From Candidatus Latescibacterota bacterium (GTDB lineage Bacteria > Latescibacterota > UBA2968 > GCA-2709665), in the NCBI GenBank assembly GCA_965116875.1, contig OZ220733.1, positions 2,240,001 through 2,304,000 of the forward strand: DNA of 64,000 bases. The letters are read 5' to 3'. The number at the start of each line of letters is the position of its first letter. Positions within the stretch are counted from its first letter, which is position 1. The notes under the pieces were generated by a model. The model was not told where the DNA came from and did not search any database. It saw only the letters and a list, made by a program, of their open reading frames with translations. This document shows positions 18,856 to 28,805 of the stretch, piece by piece. The position numbers and the translations under genes were made by a program.

Positions 18856-20619
18856 TCAGTCGGCCGCGTTATTCCTGGCCTGGGGAATACGCCAGCCGCG
18901 TGAAATCTCCTGCGTACGCACCATGCGGGCGTAGAGCCCATCCTGAACCATCAGGTCCTCATGGGCGCCCGACTCAACAATGCGTCCGTCGTTGCAGACG
19001 AGAATCTTGTCGGCATTGCGCACCGTGGACAGCCGATGTGCGATCACAATCGTTGTACGATGGCGCGTCAGGCGTGCGATGGCTTCCTGGATAAGGATTT
19101 CGGTCTCCGCGTCCACGGAGGAGGTGGCTTCATCCAGGATCAGGATCGGGGCGTCTTTCAACACCGCGCGGGCAATGGACAGCCGTTGCTTCTGGCCGCC
19201 GGAAAGCCGGATGCCCCGCTCTCCGACAAGCGTGTCGTAGCCTTCGGGCAGATCCAGGATGAATGCCTCCGCGTTTGCCGTCCGGGCCGCTTCCCGGACC
19301 TCCCGGTCCGTCGCCTCTGGACGACCGACGAGCAGGTTCTCGCGTACCGTCGCATGAAACAGAAAGACATCCTGGAAAACGGTCGCGATGTGTGAGCGCA
19401 GGTGGCCCAGCCGCAGGGTGCGGACGTTGTGCCCGCCAACGAAGACGCCGCCGCGCTGCGGGTCGTAAAAGCGTGGTATCAGACTTGCGACTGTGGTTTT
19501 GCCGGCGCCGGTAGGACCGACGAGGGCGATGATTTCACCGGCCTCAACGTCGAATTCGACCCCATTGAGTACGGGACTTTCCGGGTCGTAACCGAAAGTG
19601 ACGTTCCGGAACCTGATGTCCCAATCCATGGATTTCGGCGCAACGGCGTCGGCGGCGTCATAGATGTCCGACTCGACCTCGAGGAGTTGGAACACGCGGT
19701 CCGTGCTGGCCGCGGCTTTCTGAAGGATGTCGTTGAACGAGGCGAGTTGGAGAAAAGGCTGGTAGATGTGGCCCATGTAGACAATGAAAACAAAAAGGTC
19801 CGCAACCGAAATGACGCCTTCCAGCGCCATATTACCACCGCTCCAGATCACCAGAACAATGCCGATACCGCCGGCGGCTTCAATGATGCCTGCCGGAAGA
19901 AGGGATATGCGGTTGGCGGTTACGCTGCTGTCTCGAAACTTCCGGCTCCGGGCCTGAATCAGGCGGACGCGCCGGGTTTCCTGCGCAAAGGACTTGATTA
20001 CCGGGATGCCCGAAAAGCTGTCCTGAACCAGGGCGATGAGATCGGCCAGATGCGCGCGAACGGCGCTCCAGAGGGCGCGAACCTTCGAGACGTAACGGTA
20101 AACCAGAAAGGCTGTCAGCGGAATGGGAATCAGGGTGATGAGTGCGAGTTCGGGGTTCAGCGTGAACAGCACGACAATCATCGATACGGGTATGATCGCG
20201 GCCAATGCCGTCTCCGGAATACCGTGAGCGACAAAGTCCTCGAGGGCTTCAACGTCGTTGATCGAACGGGAAATGAGGTTGCCGGTACGCTGCGTGTTGA
20301 AAAAGCGATGGGGCAGGCTCTGCAGGTGTCGATAGATCCTCACCATCAGGTCGTGCATCACGCGGTAGGCGGCAATATGGGAAAAGTACCCGTATCCGTA
20401 TCTGGTCGCGCCGCGAAAGAGGTAGACCCCAACAAGAAGCAGACTGATCCGAATCAGATCGGCGCCGGTTGCGCCTTCCGTCAACCAGCGGATGAGTTCC
20501 CTGATCAGTAAGGGCGGCAGGAGGTTTGCGGCGGCAAAGAGGAGCCCGCAGACGACGGCGAGGGCGACAAGCAGGTGTTTGCCCTTCAGAATGCTGTAGA
20601 GTTGACCGGGAAAACTCAT
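18856..20619 (-). CDS. ABC transporter, fused permease/ATPase (MsbA-like exporter)
   Basis: TM domain plus GPTGAGKT, LSGGQKQR, ILDEATS and IAHRLST. Confidence 0.92.
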   Translation of the reverse strand: MSFPGQLYSILKGKHLLVALAVVCGLLFAAANLLPPLLIRELIRWLTEGATGADLIRISLLLVGVYLFRGATRYGYGYFSHIAAYRVMHDLMVRIYRHLQSLPHRFFNTQRTGNLISRSINDVEALEDFVAHGIPETALAAIIPVSMIVVLFTLNPELALITLIPIPLTAFLVYRYVSKVRALWSAVRAHLADLIALVQDSFSGIPVIKSFAQETRRVRLIQARSRKFRDSSVTANRISLLPAGIIEAAGGIGIVLVIWSGGNMALEGVISVADLFVFIVYMGHIYQPFLQLASFNDILQKAAASTDRVFQLLEVESDIYDAADAVAPKSMDWDIRFRNVTFGYDPESPVLNGVEFDVEAGEIIALVGPTGAGKTTVASLIPRFYDPQRGGVFVGGHNVRTLRLGHLRSHIATVFQDVFLFHATVRENLLVGRPEATDREVREAARTANAEAFILDLPEGYDTLVGERGIRLSGGQKQRLSIARAVLKDAPILILDEATSSVDAETEILIQEAIARLTRHRTTIVIAHRLSTVRNADKILVCNDGRIVESGAHEDLMVQDGLYARMVRTQEISRGWRIPQARNNAAD

Positions 20620-20716
20620 GGACAAAAACGATTCCTGCGGGCAAGAGGGATCCTGTGTTCGTGCGGGGCCGGATGCAGGTCTGATCGGGTTCGGACCCTG
20701 ACTTGTGCGGAAGACC

Positions 20717-21046
20717 TAACAGCCCGTTGAAAAAGTCCATCCGGGCTACGGCCGGCCCTTGCGGTCGAAAACCTGCGTTGCGCTCCCTCGCCGAATCGAA
20801 AGATGGGACTCGGTCGCGCGCCTTGTCTTCGACCACAATGGCAAGTGTTCCGCCCCGGAGATAGATTGCCGAAATTCGGCCGCCGAGTCGCCCGGCTGGC
20901 AAGGCGCCTGAGCAAGGCGCCCTGCTTACGGTCACCGAGCGAAGGCAACGCCGCCAGACGGGATGAATCGGCGGATGAATGGTGACATATTTCCGGGACG
21001 GGACACCAAGCCTCGCCTGCAGAGCGACTTTCTCAACGGACTGCTA
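20717..21046. mobile_element. MITE family A, longest (330 bp) non-autonomous element
   Basis: Terminal inverted repeats taacagcccgttgaaaaagtc / gactttctcaacggactgcta, nested internal inverted repeats, no transposase. Four partial copies elsewhere in the window. Confidence 0.82.
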
Positions 21047-21359
21047 AACCTAGGTTTCTCCGGGAGTAAAGTCAACTCCTTTGACGACACGGGGGCGTAT
21101 GCACTCCAATTTTCGGTTGTGTAAGAGGAACTTACATTCTATATTGTTGTCCAGTGTACGAAAATTTAGTGTTTTTAATATCTGCGCGCGCATTTTTAAA
21201 ATAAATGCTTATGGAATCCCGGTCGCGGAAGCAAGGGACTTCGTACCCGGTGCACGGACGCCACCGCCGCCGGCCGGAAGCGATGGCGTTACCTGACGAA
21301 GATCGTGCACAACGCCCAATCTATCGGCTGGACGGGGCGCATGCTTTAAAGGAGCGGCG

Positions 21360-22391
21360 ATGGAGACGTCGAAGTTTACCATTGATCCGATAGAGACCGA
21401 AACCGCGCTTGTCGAACGGATGACTGAACCGGTTCCCGAGGTGAGGGATGCGGTATCCAGAATCAACGGCGAGATTATGATACTCGGCATCGCCGGCAAG
21501 ATGGGGTTGACGCTTGGCGAACTCCTTGTGCGTTCCGGCGCAGCCGGCGTCATCGGGGTCTCTCGGTTCTCCAGTCCGGGTGATCGGGAAACCCTTGAAG
21601 CGAAGGGGGTACGGACGGTTCAGTGCGATCTGATCGATGACGATTCGCTTCGCGCCCTGCCCGATGCCGGCCATATTATCCTTCTTGCCGGGCACAAGTT
21701 CGGCTCAACCGGAAACGAACCCCTCACATGGGCAATGAACGCGATGCTTCCCGGCAAGGTGATGCAGCGGTTTCCGGATTCACGAATCGTCTATGTTTCT
21801 TCGGGAAACGTCTACCGGTTTGTTTCACCGGAATCCGGCGGATCGGTGGAGTCGTCGCCCCTGGGACCGGTCGGTGAATACGCGCAGTCCCGCCTTGGGG
21901 GCGAGCGGCTGGCGGCCTACTACGCCGAACGGAACGGTACTCCACTGGCAATTGTCCGGTTGTTCTACGCAACGGAGTTGCGCTACGGCGTATTTCTGGA
22001 TATCGCTCAGCGGGTCTGGACAGGACAACCGATCGATCTGAGCATGGGATATGTAAACCAGATCTGGCAGGGAGACGCGAACGCCTATCTTGCGCGGAGC
22101 TTTCCGTTCTGTGAAAGCCCCGCGCGGATTCTCAACATGACGGGGTCCGAACACCTGGAGATCCGCGACGTCGCATTGAAGCTGGGCGTGCTGATGGGGA
22201 GGACGCCTGTTTTTGAAGGCGAAGAGAGCCACACGGCCCTGCTGGGCAATGCGAGCGCGCTGTTCAACCTCCTGGGACTGCCCAGGGTCTCGTCCGCGGA
22301 GATGATGGAATGGGTGGCCGCCTGGGTGATGAATGAGGGTCCAACGCTGGGCAAGCCCACCAAGTACGAATCCCGGAACGGGCAGTTCTAG
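21360..22391 (+). CDS. NAD-dependent epimerase/dehydratase family protein
   Basis: ILGIAGKMG, AGHKFG, SSGNVY, EYAQSRLG and VNQIWQGDAN motifs. Confidence 0.85.
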   Translation: METSKFTIDPIETETALVERMTEPVPEVRDAVSRINGEIMILGIAGKMGLTLGELLVRSGAAGVIGVSRFSSPGDRETLEAKGVRTVQCDLIDDDSLRALPDAGHIILLAGHKFGSTGNEPLTWAMNAMLPGKVMQRFPDSRIVYVSSGNVYRFVSPESGGSVESSPLGPVGEYAQSRLGGERLAAYYAERNGTPLAIVRLFYATELRYGVFLDIAQRVWTGQPIDLSMGYVNQIWQGDANAYLARSFPFCESPARILNMTGSEHLEIRDVALKLGVLMGRTPVFEGEESHTALLGNASALFNLLGLPRVSSAEMMEWVAAWVMNEGPTLGKPTKYESRNGQF

Positions 22392-22442
22392 TATCCGGTC
22401 CATGATTAACGGTCTGATCGAGCGGGTTGGGAGATTCCGGCG

Positions 22443-23759
22443 ATGGGTGAACTGAAGGCCGGCGTTGCCGAGGTTACGATTACGCCGCCTGTCGGCATTT
22501 CCGTTTGCGGGTTCGGAAACCGGAAAGGGCCGGCCGAAACCGTATACGACGATCTGTTCGCTCGCGCGCTGGTATTGGACGACGGTCGGACGCGGTTGGC
22601 CATCGTTACATCGGATCTCATCTCCTTCGCACCCGACCTGGTTCAGCGGTTACGGGATCTGGTCGAACGCGATGCCGGAGTGCCGGGCGAGGGTCTGTTG
22701 CTGAACGGATCGCACTCTCATTCCGGACCCACGGTGATGTCGTTCCGCAGCATGGGATCGCGCGACGACGCGTACGAAGACGTCCTGTGCCGGCAGGTCG
22801 CCGGCGCCGTCCGGATGGCGGTGGACCGGCTGGTGCCCGTTTCGCTTCGGATCGGCCGGTCTCCGGTCAGGATCGCCCATAACCGTCGCGCCCGCCGAAA
22901 CGGACGGATGACGATCGGCCATAACCCCGAGGGCGCCGAAGCCCCCTGGGTGGACGTGCTTCGCATCGACGACCGGTCCGGTTCCCCGCTCGGGCTTCTT
23001 TATACGACGGCGGCCCACCCCGTCAATCTTCGTGGCCTGGCGTTCAGCGCGGAATTTCCCGGATATGCGGCACGGAAGATCCGGCGCGAGCTCAAAGGCG
23101 CGCTGCCGATGTTCGCGCAGGCCTGTTGCGGCGACATCAACTGCACGCCGATGGACGGCACCTTGAAGACAACCGTTCGGCAAGGCGAACTGCTGGCGGG
23201 GGCTGCCGTGAACGCCGCCTGTCACGCGGAACCGCTGCAATCGAACGGTCTGGGGGTGGCGCGCCAGGTGGTTTACCTTCCCACGAGAATCCCATCCGTG
23301 GATGAGGCGGAACGCGCCCTGGCAGATCAGAAAACCCGGGTGCGGGAAGCGGAGAGGGACCCCGAAGCAACCGAATATCTTGTCTGCCAGTATCGGGGAC
23401 AGATCGAGTGGGCTGAAGATTATCTTCGTACGGCGCAAAGCCGCCGTCCCCGGCCGGAAGCGTTCGAGATCCAGGCGATGAGAATCGGAGAGGCGGCGCT
23501 GGTGGCGTACCCGGGCGAGATGTTCGTGGATTATCAACTGGAAATGGACCGGACGTCGCCATTCAGGAAGACGTTCACCCTCGCGTACACCAACGGATGC
23601 ATCGGATACGTGCCAACGGCGAAGGCATTTCCCGAGGGGGGTTACGAAGTTGACCACGCATACCGTTACTATGGTACGTTAATGATCACATCGGCGTGCG
23701 AACGGATGATCAAATCCGCGACCGTCGAATTGCTGAACGGATTGAAATGCGACAGCTGA
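22443..23759 (+). CDS. Neutral/alkaline ceramidase-like metallo-amidohydrolase
   Basis: ITPPVG, DDLFARAL, SHSHSGP, AAHP, CGDIN, PGEMF and GYVPT..GGYE motifs. Confidence 0.8.
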   Translation: MGELKAGVAEVTITPPVGISVCGFGNRKGPAETVYDDLFARALVLDDGRTRLAIVTSDLISFAPDLVQRLRDLVERDAGVPGEGLLLNGSHSHSGPTVMSFRSMGSRDDAYEDVLCRQVAGAVRMAVDRLVPVSLRIGRSPVRIAHNRRARRNGRMTIGHNPEGAEAPWVDVLRIDDRSGSPLGLLYTTAAHPVNLRGLAFSAEFPGYAARKIRRELKGALPMFAQACCGDINCTPMDGTLKTTVRQGELLAGAAVNAACHAEPLQSNGLGVARQVVYLPTRIPSVDEAERALADQKTRVREAERDPEATEYLVCQYRGQIEWAEDYLRTAQSRRPRPEAFEIQAMRIGEAALVAYPGEMFVDYQLEMDRTSPFRKTFTLAYTNGCIGYVPTAKAFPEGGYEVDHAYRYYGTLMITSACERMIKSATVELLNGLKCDS

Positions 23760-24739
23760 TGCCGGACAAGTTTATGCGCTTACTGCTCTTGTGCGGGTTG
23801 GTGTGCGTCTGGACGACACCGGGCGAAGGTGCAAGTATCAAGAAAGAGTCATTCGCCGAAGGGACGAGTTCCGCGGAGGAGGCGTTTGCGAAATATCGCC
23901 CGAAACGGATCGGGCTCATGGTTTTGGCGTCGGACCGGAACCCTGATCCCGGACTCCGATACACGGGTCGGGTTAACCTGGGATTCACGCGCCAGTTGCA
24001 GGGGGACCCGTTTCGGATGCCGCCCAGGTACGAACTTCGCTTATACGAAGCCATCCGTTCGGCGCTGCAGGCCAGGGGATACGAGGTCAGGCACCTGGGC
24101 AACTGGAATGGATTGCGACTTGGAGACGTGATTGACCGGTCAACTGACGTGGACGTGGTGTGTGCGGCCCATTATTATATTAAGCGCAACCACGCCATCG
24201 GCGAATTCGACGGCTTCAGATGGTCGTCTCCTTTCGAGGGAATGCATCTCTTTCTCAATGCCAGGTTCTACCACGTCGCAGGCAGGGAGTCGTTTTACGG
24301 ACTGGATGCGACGGCGCTTGGCACCGAGGAATTATATGAAAATCTGGGAAAAATCGTGGTAGAGGAACCACTCTATCCGGACGGCTACGACGAGCACGGG
24401 AGCCCAAATGCCTACAAGATCGCGGTGTACCAGACCTCACTGCGTGACTTGAAGCTTGCTGAACATCCGGTCCCGATCATACGGACGGCGGAAGGATCGC
24501 TCGACGTCACTTATGACGGCGGATGGATCAATAAGGGTCGGGTTCGGATGAAGAATGTGATGCGACGACTCAATATTCCCATTCCGGTGGAAGTCGCCAG
24601 ACAGAACAGCGTACTTGCGCGGATGCTCGAATACGTACCGTTCCGCCCGGGAAACGATGACAGAGAATATTTCGATCTGCTGGGTGTCACCAGACTCGGG
24701 CGCATCATACAACAGAGAATTCCCGATCAACGTCCGTAA
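23747..24739 (+). CDS. Hypothetical secreted protein
   Basis: Signal-like MRLLLLCGLVCVWTTPGEG; start overlaps the upstream stop; no recognised domain. Confidence 0.65.
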   Translation: MRQLMPDKFMRLLLLCGLVCVWTTPGEGASIKKESFAEGTSSAEEAFAKYRPKRIGLMVLASDRNPDPGLRYTGRVNLGFTRQLQGDPFRMPPRYELRLYEAIRSALQARGYEVRHLGNWNGLRLGDVIDRSTDVDVVCAAHYYIKRNHAIGEFDGFRWSSPFEGMHLFLNARFYHVAGRESFYGLDATALGTEELYENLGKIVVEEPLYPDGYDEHGSPNAYKIAVYQTSLRDLKLAEHPVPIIRTAEGSLDVTYDGGWINKGRVRMKNVMRRLNIPIPVEVARQNSVLARMLEYVPFRPGNDDREYFDLLGVTRLGRIIQQRIPDQRP

Positions 24740-24797
24740 CAGTCCGTTGAGAGAGTCGCTCTGCAGGCGAGGCCGGATGGACTTTTTCAACGGGCCG
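24737..24797. mobile_element. MITE family A, internally deleted ~60 bp copy
   Basis: taacagtccgttgagagagtcgctctgcaggcgaggccggatggactttttcaacgggccg. Starts on the TAA of the upstream gene. Confidence 0.82.
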
Positions 24798-24897
24798 GTG
24801 AGGAACGGAATCGGAGGGCGGTGCGTCAGCACAGGGCGATTGCGGGAGTTACGTCCGGCCGTTCGGTCCTTAATTTTGAAACAAAGGATACGAGTCC

Positions 24898-25893
24898 ATG
24901 GCTAAATTCAAACAGGATGAGTTGGAACTTGCGCCGGACATTACCGGAATAAAACTGGACACCGATTGTTTCTCGATGGTTGTTGTTCCGGAATTGGGTG
25001 GAAAGATTACCTCTCTTGTAAACAAGGCGACCGGACGCGAGTTTCTCTCGCGCACCAATATCCCCTACAGGAGGCGAACCTACGCGGACCGTTTCGAGAA
25101 TTACGAACGTGACGGCGCAGACGAGTGTTTTCCCACTGTCGAAGACTGTCCGTATCCCGCCTTTCCGTGGGCGGGAGTGCCGGTTCCCGACCATGGAGAA
25201 GTCTGGACGCTGCCATGGCAGTATGAAGTCAAGCAGGGACGCCTGCGGATGTGGGTGAATGGCGTCCGGTTTCCATACGTGTTTCAACGGGACATCCGCT
25301 TCGAGACACTGGCACGCGGAGAAAAGCCGTATATCCGGTTTTCTTACACCGTTCGGAATGAAAGCCCGTTTGACTTGCCGTTCGTGTATGCGTTCCACCC
25401 GCTTTTTAAGGTGGAAACCCGATCACGGATCCTGATACCTTCCGGTACGGATGTGGTATCCTACATGAGTACAGAAGACCGCCTGGGGCCGCCAATGACG
25501 CGGCATGCCTGGCCCAAAGTGACGGATTTGACGCTCGACAAGGCCTATAACCGGTCCTCGATCCGATCCAGTCGTACCAAAGAGGCGGAGAAGATCTACT
25601 CCACGCGCCTTGAGCAGGGCCGCTGCGCGCTGGTCTACCCGAACGGGGAGTTTATCGGCTTTCTGTTTCCGGCGAAAAAGCTCCCCCATCTGGGCTTATG
25701 GATTAACGAGGGCGGTTGGAACAACCTCCACCACGCGGCGCTGGAGCCCTCCACGTCGCAGGTCGACCGCCTGGATACGGCGTGGGGACTCAAAGCGTGC
25801 GGGGTCGTACCGGCCAACGGCCAGTATGAATGGGATATCAGCCTGATTCTCGGCGAAGGCGAAGAACGTCAGGAATTGCTCGGGGAATTTTGA
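24898..25893 (+). CDS. Galactose mutarotase / aldose 1-epimerase-like protein
   Basis: VPELGGKITSL, DECFPTV, PDHGEVW, AFHPL and ALEP motifs. Confidence 0.75.
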   Translation: MAKFKQDELELAPDITGIKLDTDCFSMVVVPELGGKITSLVNKATGREFLSRTNIPYRRRTYADRFENYERDGADECFPTVEDCPYPAFPWAGVPVPDHGEVWTLPWQYEVKQGRLRMWVNGVRFPYVFQRDIRFETLARGEKPYIRFSYTVRNESPFDLPFVYAFHPLFKVETRSRILIPSGTDVVSYMSTEDRLGPPMTRHAWPKVTDLTLDKAYNRSSIRSSRTKEAEKIYSTRLEQGRCALVYPNGEFIGFLFPAKKLPHLGLWINEGGWNNLHHAALEPSTSQVDRLDTAWGLKACGVVPANGQYEWDISLILGEGEERQELLGEF

Positions 25894-25894
25894 G

Positions 25895-27268
25895 TTGCAC
25901 CATCTATGGATCACGGTTCTGGTCGCATTCACTCCGGCGTCGGCGCCCGCCCAATCCCCCGGAGATGAAATGGTCCTGGTACAGTCCGGCCAGGAACGGT
26001 TCTACATGAGCAGGCATGAGGTGACGGTCGAACAGTTCAAGGCGTTCGATCCGGACTATCATCCGGCGTACACCTATTTCGACGATGCCAATATGCCTGC
26101 CACAGCGATTACATTCACGCAGGCGAAAGCGTATTGCGAAGCGCAGGACAAGCGTCTGCCAACGTCCGATGAATGGGTCGTAGCGTGCGGCGGTCTGGAG
26201 GGAACGGCCTACGCCTACGGAAACAATTACGACCCGAACCACGCGCGTGCGGGACGAAAGAACTGGACCGACGGTCCCAGGGCAGTGATGAGCTACGGGA
26301 AAAACTGGGCGGGACTGTTCGATATGTCCGGAAACGTTTGGGAGTGGGTTGAAGACGGCGGCGAAGGCGGTATGCAAAAGGTGTACGGCGGGTCCTGGAC
26401 GGATGGTCCCAGGTTGACACGGTGCGGTTCCGCGAGGCGGGCGAAAGTCGATCTGAAATCGCTGAACTACGGTTTCCGATGCGCCCGCTCCCTGACGGAG
26501 GCCGACCGGATTCGCCTGGCCAGGAAGGAGTCGGAGGCGCGGCGCAGAATCCAGGCGCGTGTCCGCAGGGAGGCCGCCCGCCGAAAGGCCGTGGTCAAAG
26601 CCAAAGAGGCCGCCCGAAGGGCGAAAATCGACGCACAGGCGAAAACGGCCAGAGAGGCCGAACTCGCCGAAGAACAGGCAAGGGCGGCCGAGGCGGAGCG
26701 AAGAGCCGCCGCTTTCGCCAAAAAGGTCGAAGGCATGCTGAAAATTGAGGCCTCCGCTTTCCAGACCTTTTACATCGATCCGCACGAAGTCAGCGTTGAG
26801 GCATATGGGGCGTTTGACTCCGCTTACAGGCCGGATGAGTTCTCTAACGGACCTCGAATGCCGGCCACCGGAATGACTCACGAACAGGCGCGGGAATACT
26901 GTGGTTCTCTCGGCAAGAGGCTGCCGACGTCCGAGGAATGGGTTGCGGCGTGTCTGGGCGAAGCGGGCGATATCTATTCCTACGGAAAGCGCTACGATCC
27001 CGCCAGGTCCCGGACCGGACTGGCCTGGAGTGCCGGGGCCGGAGAAGTGGCCACTGGAGACCCCAACGTCTATGGCGCCAGGGACATGGTGGGCAATGTC
27101 TGGGAGTGGGTGGACGGTTGGTATGGAAACAACAGGAAACTCCGTGCAATATACGGCGGCTCATGGCTTGACGACGAAAAGCGGGCGAAATGCACCGGCG
27201 CAGGATGGGCGAAACCCGATGAAAGGCGGTCGGACGTCGGGTTTCGCTGCGCGGTGGGAGCCGAATAG
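25895..27268 (+). CDS. Secreted protein with two FGE-sulfatase (SUMF1/CLec-fold) domains joined by a helical linker
   Basis: Two sets of HEV, RLPTS.EW, DM.GNVWEWV, GGSW and GFRC motifs; Ala/Arg/Glu/Lys-rich linker; signal peptide. Confidence 0.88.
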   Translation: MHHLWITVLVAFTPASAPAQSPGDEMVLVQSGQERFYMSRHEVTVEQFKAFDPDYHPAYTYFDDANMPATAITFTQAKAYCEAQDKRLPTSDEWVVACGGLEGTAYAYGNNYDPNHARAGRKNWTDGPRAVMSYGKNWAGLFDMSGNVWEWVEDGGEGGMQKVYGGSWTDGPRLTRCGSARRAKVDLKSLNYGFRCARSLTEADRIRLARKESEARRRIQARVRREAARRKAVVKAKEAARRAKIDAQAKTAREAELAEEQARAAEAERRAAAFAKKVEGMLKIEASAFQTFYIDPHEVSVEAYGAFDSAYRPDEFSNGPRMPATGMTHEQAREYCGSLGKRLPTSEEWVAACLGEAGDIYSYGKRYDPARSRTGLAWSAGAGEVATGDPNVYGARDMVGNVWEWVDGWYGNNRKLRAIYGGSWLDDEKRAKCTGAGWAKPDERRSDVGFRCAVGAE

Positions 27269-27270
27269 GA

Positions 27271-28752
27271 ATGCGTAACTCAAACTGCAGGCGGCCGCAT
27301 GCGGTTTGGCGGTCTGCCTGGTTCATTCTGATCTGCGTCGGCGCCTGGAGCTGCGGCCCCAGTCGGCAGGAAGTGGAACTGGCCGAAAGTAACGCGTTGA
27401 ATACCGTACTCGGTCTCGTACACAACGGCGAACTGGATGGCGCCCTCGTTGCGGAGGCTGTATCGGTCCTGGCGGGTTTGGATCGCTCCGATGTTCGATC
27501 CGCATTCCTGACCCTGTTGGAACATCCGGATGAAATCGTCGTTCTGCGGGCGGTGGAAGCGCTAGGAAAACACGATGGGCCCGGTGCAGTCGATGCACTC
27601 AGAGGCGTGCTCGAAAAGACCGAAAGCGCTTTCGTGAAGGTGGAGGTTGCGGCAGCGCTGGAGCGACTGAATGCCGGGACAATGGCGCCCTGGCTGGCGG
27701 AAACGCTCGGGAACGGTCAGATGGCCATGGTTCGATCCAAAGCGGCCGCCGCATTCGGTCAACTGGAGAACCCGGCGGCTGTACCTGCGCTCAGACGGGC
27801 GTTTGGAGAAGATCCGGATCCGGTTGTGCGATCTTCCGCGGCATTGGCGCTTGCCAGACTGGCGGATCTTCAGAGTCTGCCTGTCATTGCCGATACCCTG
27901 TTGAATACCCGGCAGCTTTCCACCTCGCTGGTCATGGTAGATGCTCTGGAGGAGTTTGGTACCGCCGACGCGATCGACCATCTTGAGACTGTAGCGAAAC
28001 AGACGTCGTGGCAACATTCACTGCGAATTCGCTGCCTGGAAGCGCTGGGAGGATTGTCCGCCAGGAAAATTGGCGTCTACCTCAAGGAACAGCTGCTGGA
28101 AGAAGGACACCCGATGAACCGGCTGCTGGCGGTGGATGGGTTGGGCTGGATTCAGGACTCAACGGCGGTGGAACTCCTGCGATCAGCCTTTTTCGGCCCC
28201 GATAATCAGCCGCTCCGGCTCAGCGCGGCGTGGTCCCTTGCCCGGCTCGGCCACGGAATGGAGATTTCGGAGGAACTGGAAGACGACCTGAAGAGTACGC
28301 ACGTTCCGTTTCGAAGGCGCGCCGCGGAGATCCTGGGTATCATCGCTGATGAACGACGGATCCCCGCGTTGAGGGACGCGTTCTCGGAAAACAGGGAATT
28401 CTCCGTTCGTCTGGCGGTTGTGCAGGCGCTGGGCAAAATCAATAGCGCAGCGTCGGTCGAGGCACTCGCGTGGGCGTTTCATCAGGACCCGTCGCCGGAA
28501 ATCAGGGAGACCATTATTGACGCTCTTGGACAGATTGCGCTGAAACAGGCGACTGAAGCGCTGAACGATATCCTTGTGGAGAACGAAGAAGCGGTCCTTC
28601 AGGCGGCGGCTTTGAGAGGATTGACGCGATCCGGCGACCTGCGACAGCTGAAGACGCTTCGCACGTACCTCGGAAACGCCGAACCGGGCTTGCGCCTGGA
28701 AGCCGCCAGAGGAATCTTCGAGCTCGCCCGCGGGGAGAATAAGCCGGGTTGA
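27271..28752 (+). CDS. HEAT-repeat lipoprotein
   Basis: Lipobox-like GAWSC; repeated VR..AA.ALG / LR.A HEAT units. Confidence 0.85.
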   Translation: MRNSNCRRPHAVWRSAWFILICVGAWSCGPSRQEVELAESNALNTVLGLVHNGELDGALVAEAVSVLAGLDRSDVRSAFLTLLEHPDEIVVLRAVEALGKHDGPGAVDALRGVLEKTESAFVKVEVAAALERLNAGTMAPWLAETLGNGQMAMVRSKAAAAFGQLENPAAVPALRRAFGEDPDPVVRSSAALALARLADLQSLPVIADTLLNTRQLSTSLVMVDALEEFGTADAIDHLETVAKQTSWQHSLRIRCLEALGGLSARKIGVYLKEQLLEEGHPMNRLLAVDGLGWIQDSTAVELLRSAFFGPDNQPLRLSAAWSLARLGHGMEISEELEDDLKSTHVPFRRRAAEILGIIADERRIPALRDAFSENREFSVRLAVVQALGKINSAASVEALAWAFHQDPSPEIRETIIDALGQIALKQATEALNDILVENEEAVLQAAALRGLTRSGDLRQLKTLRTYLGNAEPGLRLEAARGIFELARGENKPG

Positions 28753-28805
28753 CCCGTAAGTCATTTGATCCACGATTATTGCGGCCATATTGTTGCGAAG
28801 GTAAG

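Noticed and set aside
25895-27268. Diversity-generating retroelement targeting the FGE domains
   Set aside because: No reverse transcriptase, Avd or adenine-mismatched template repeat seen in the window; the two domains are far diverged.
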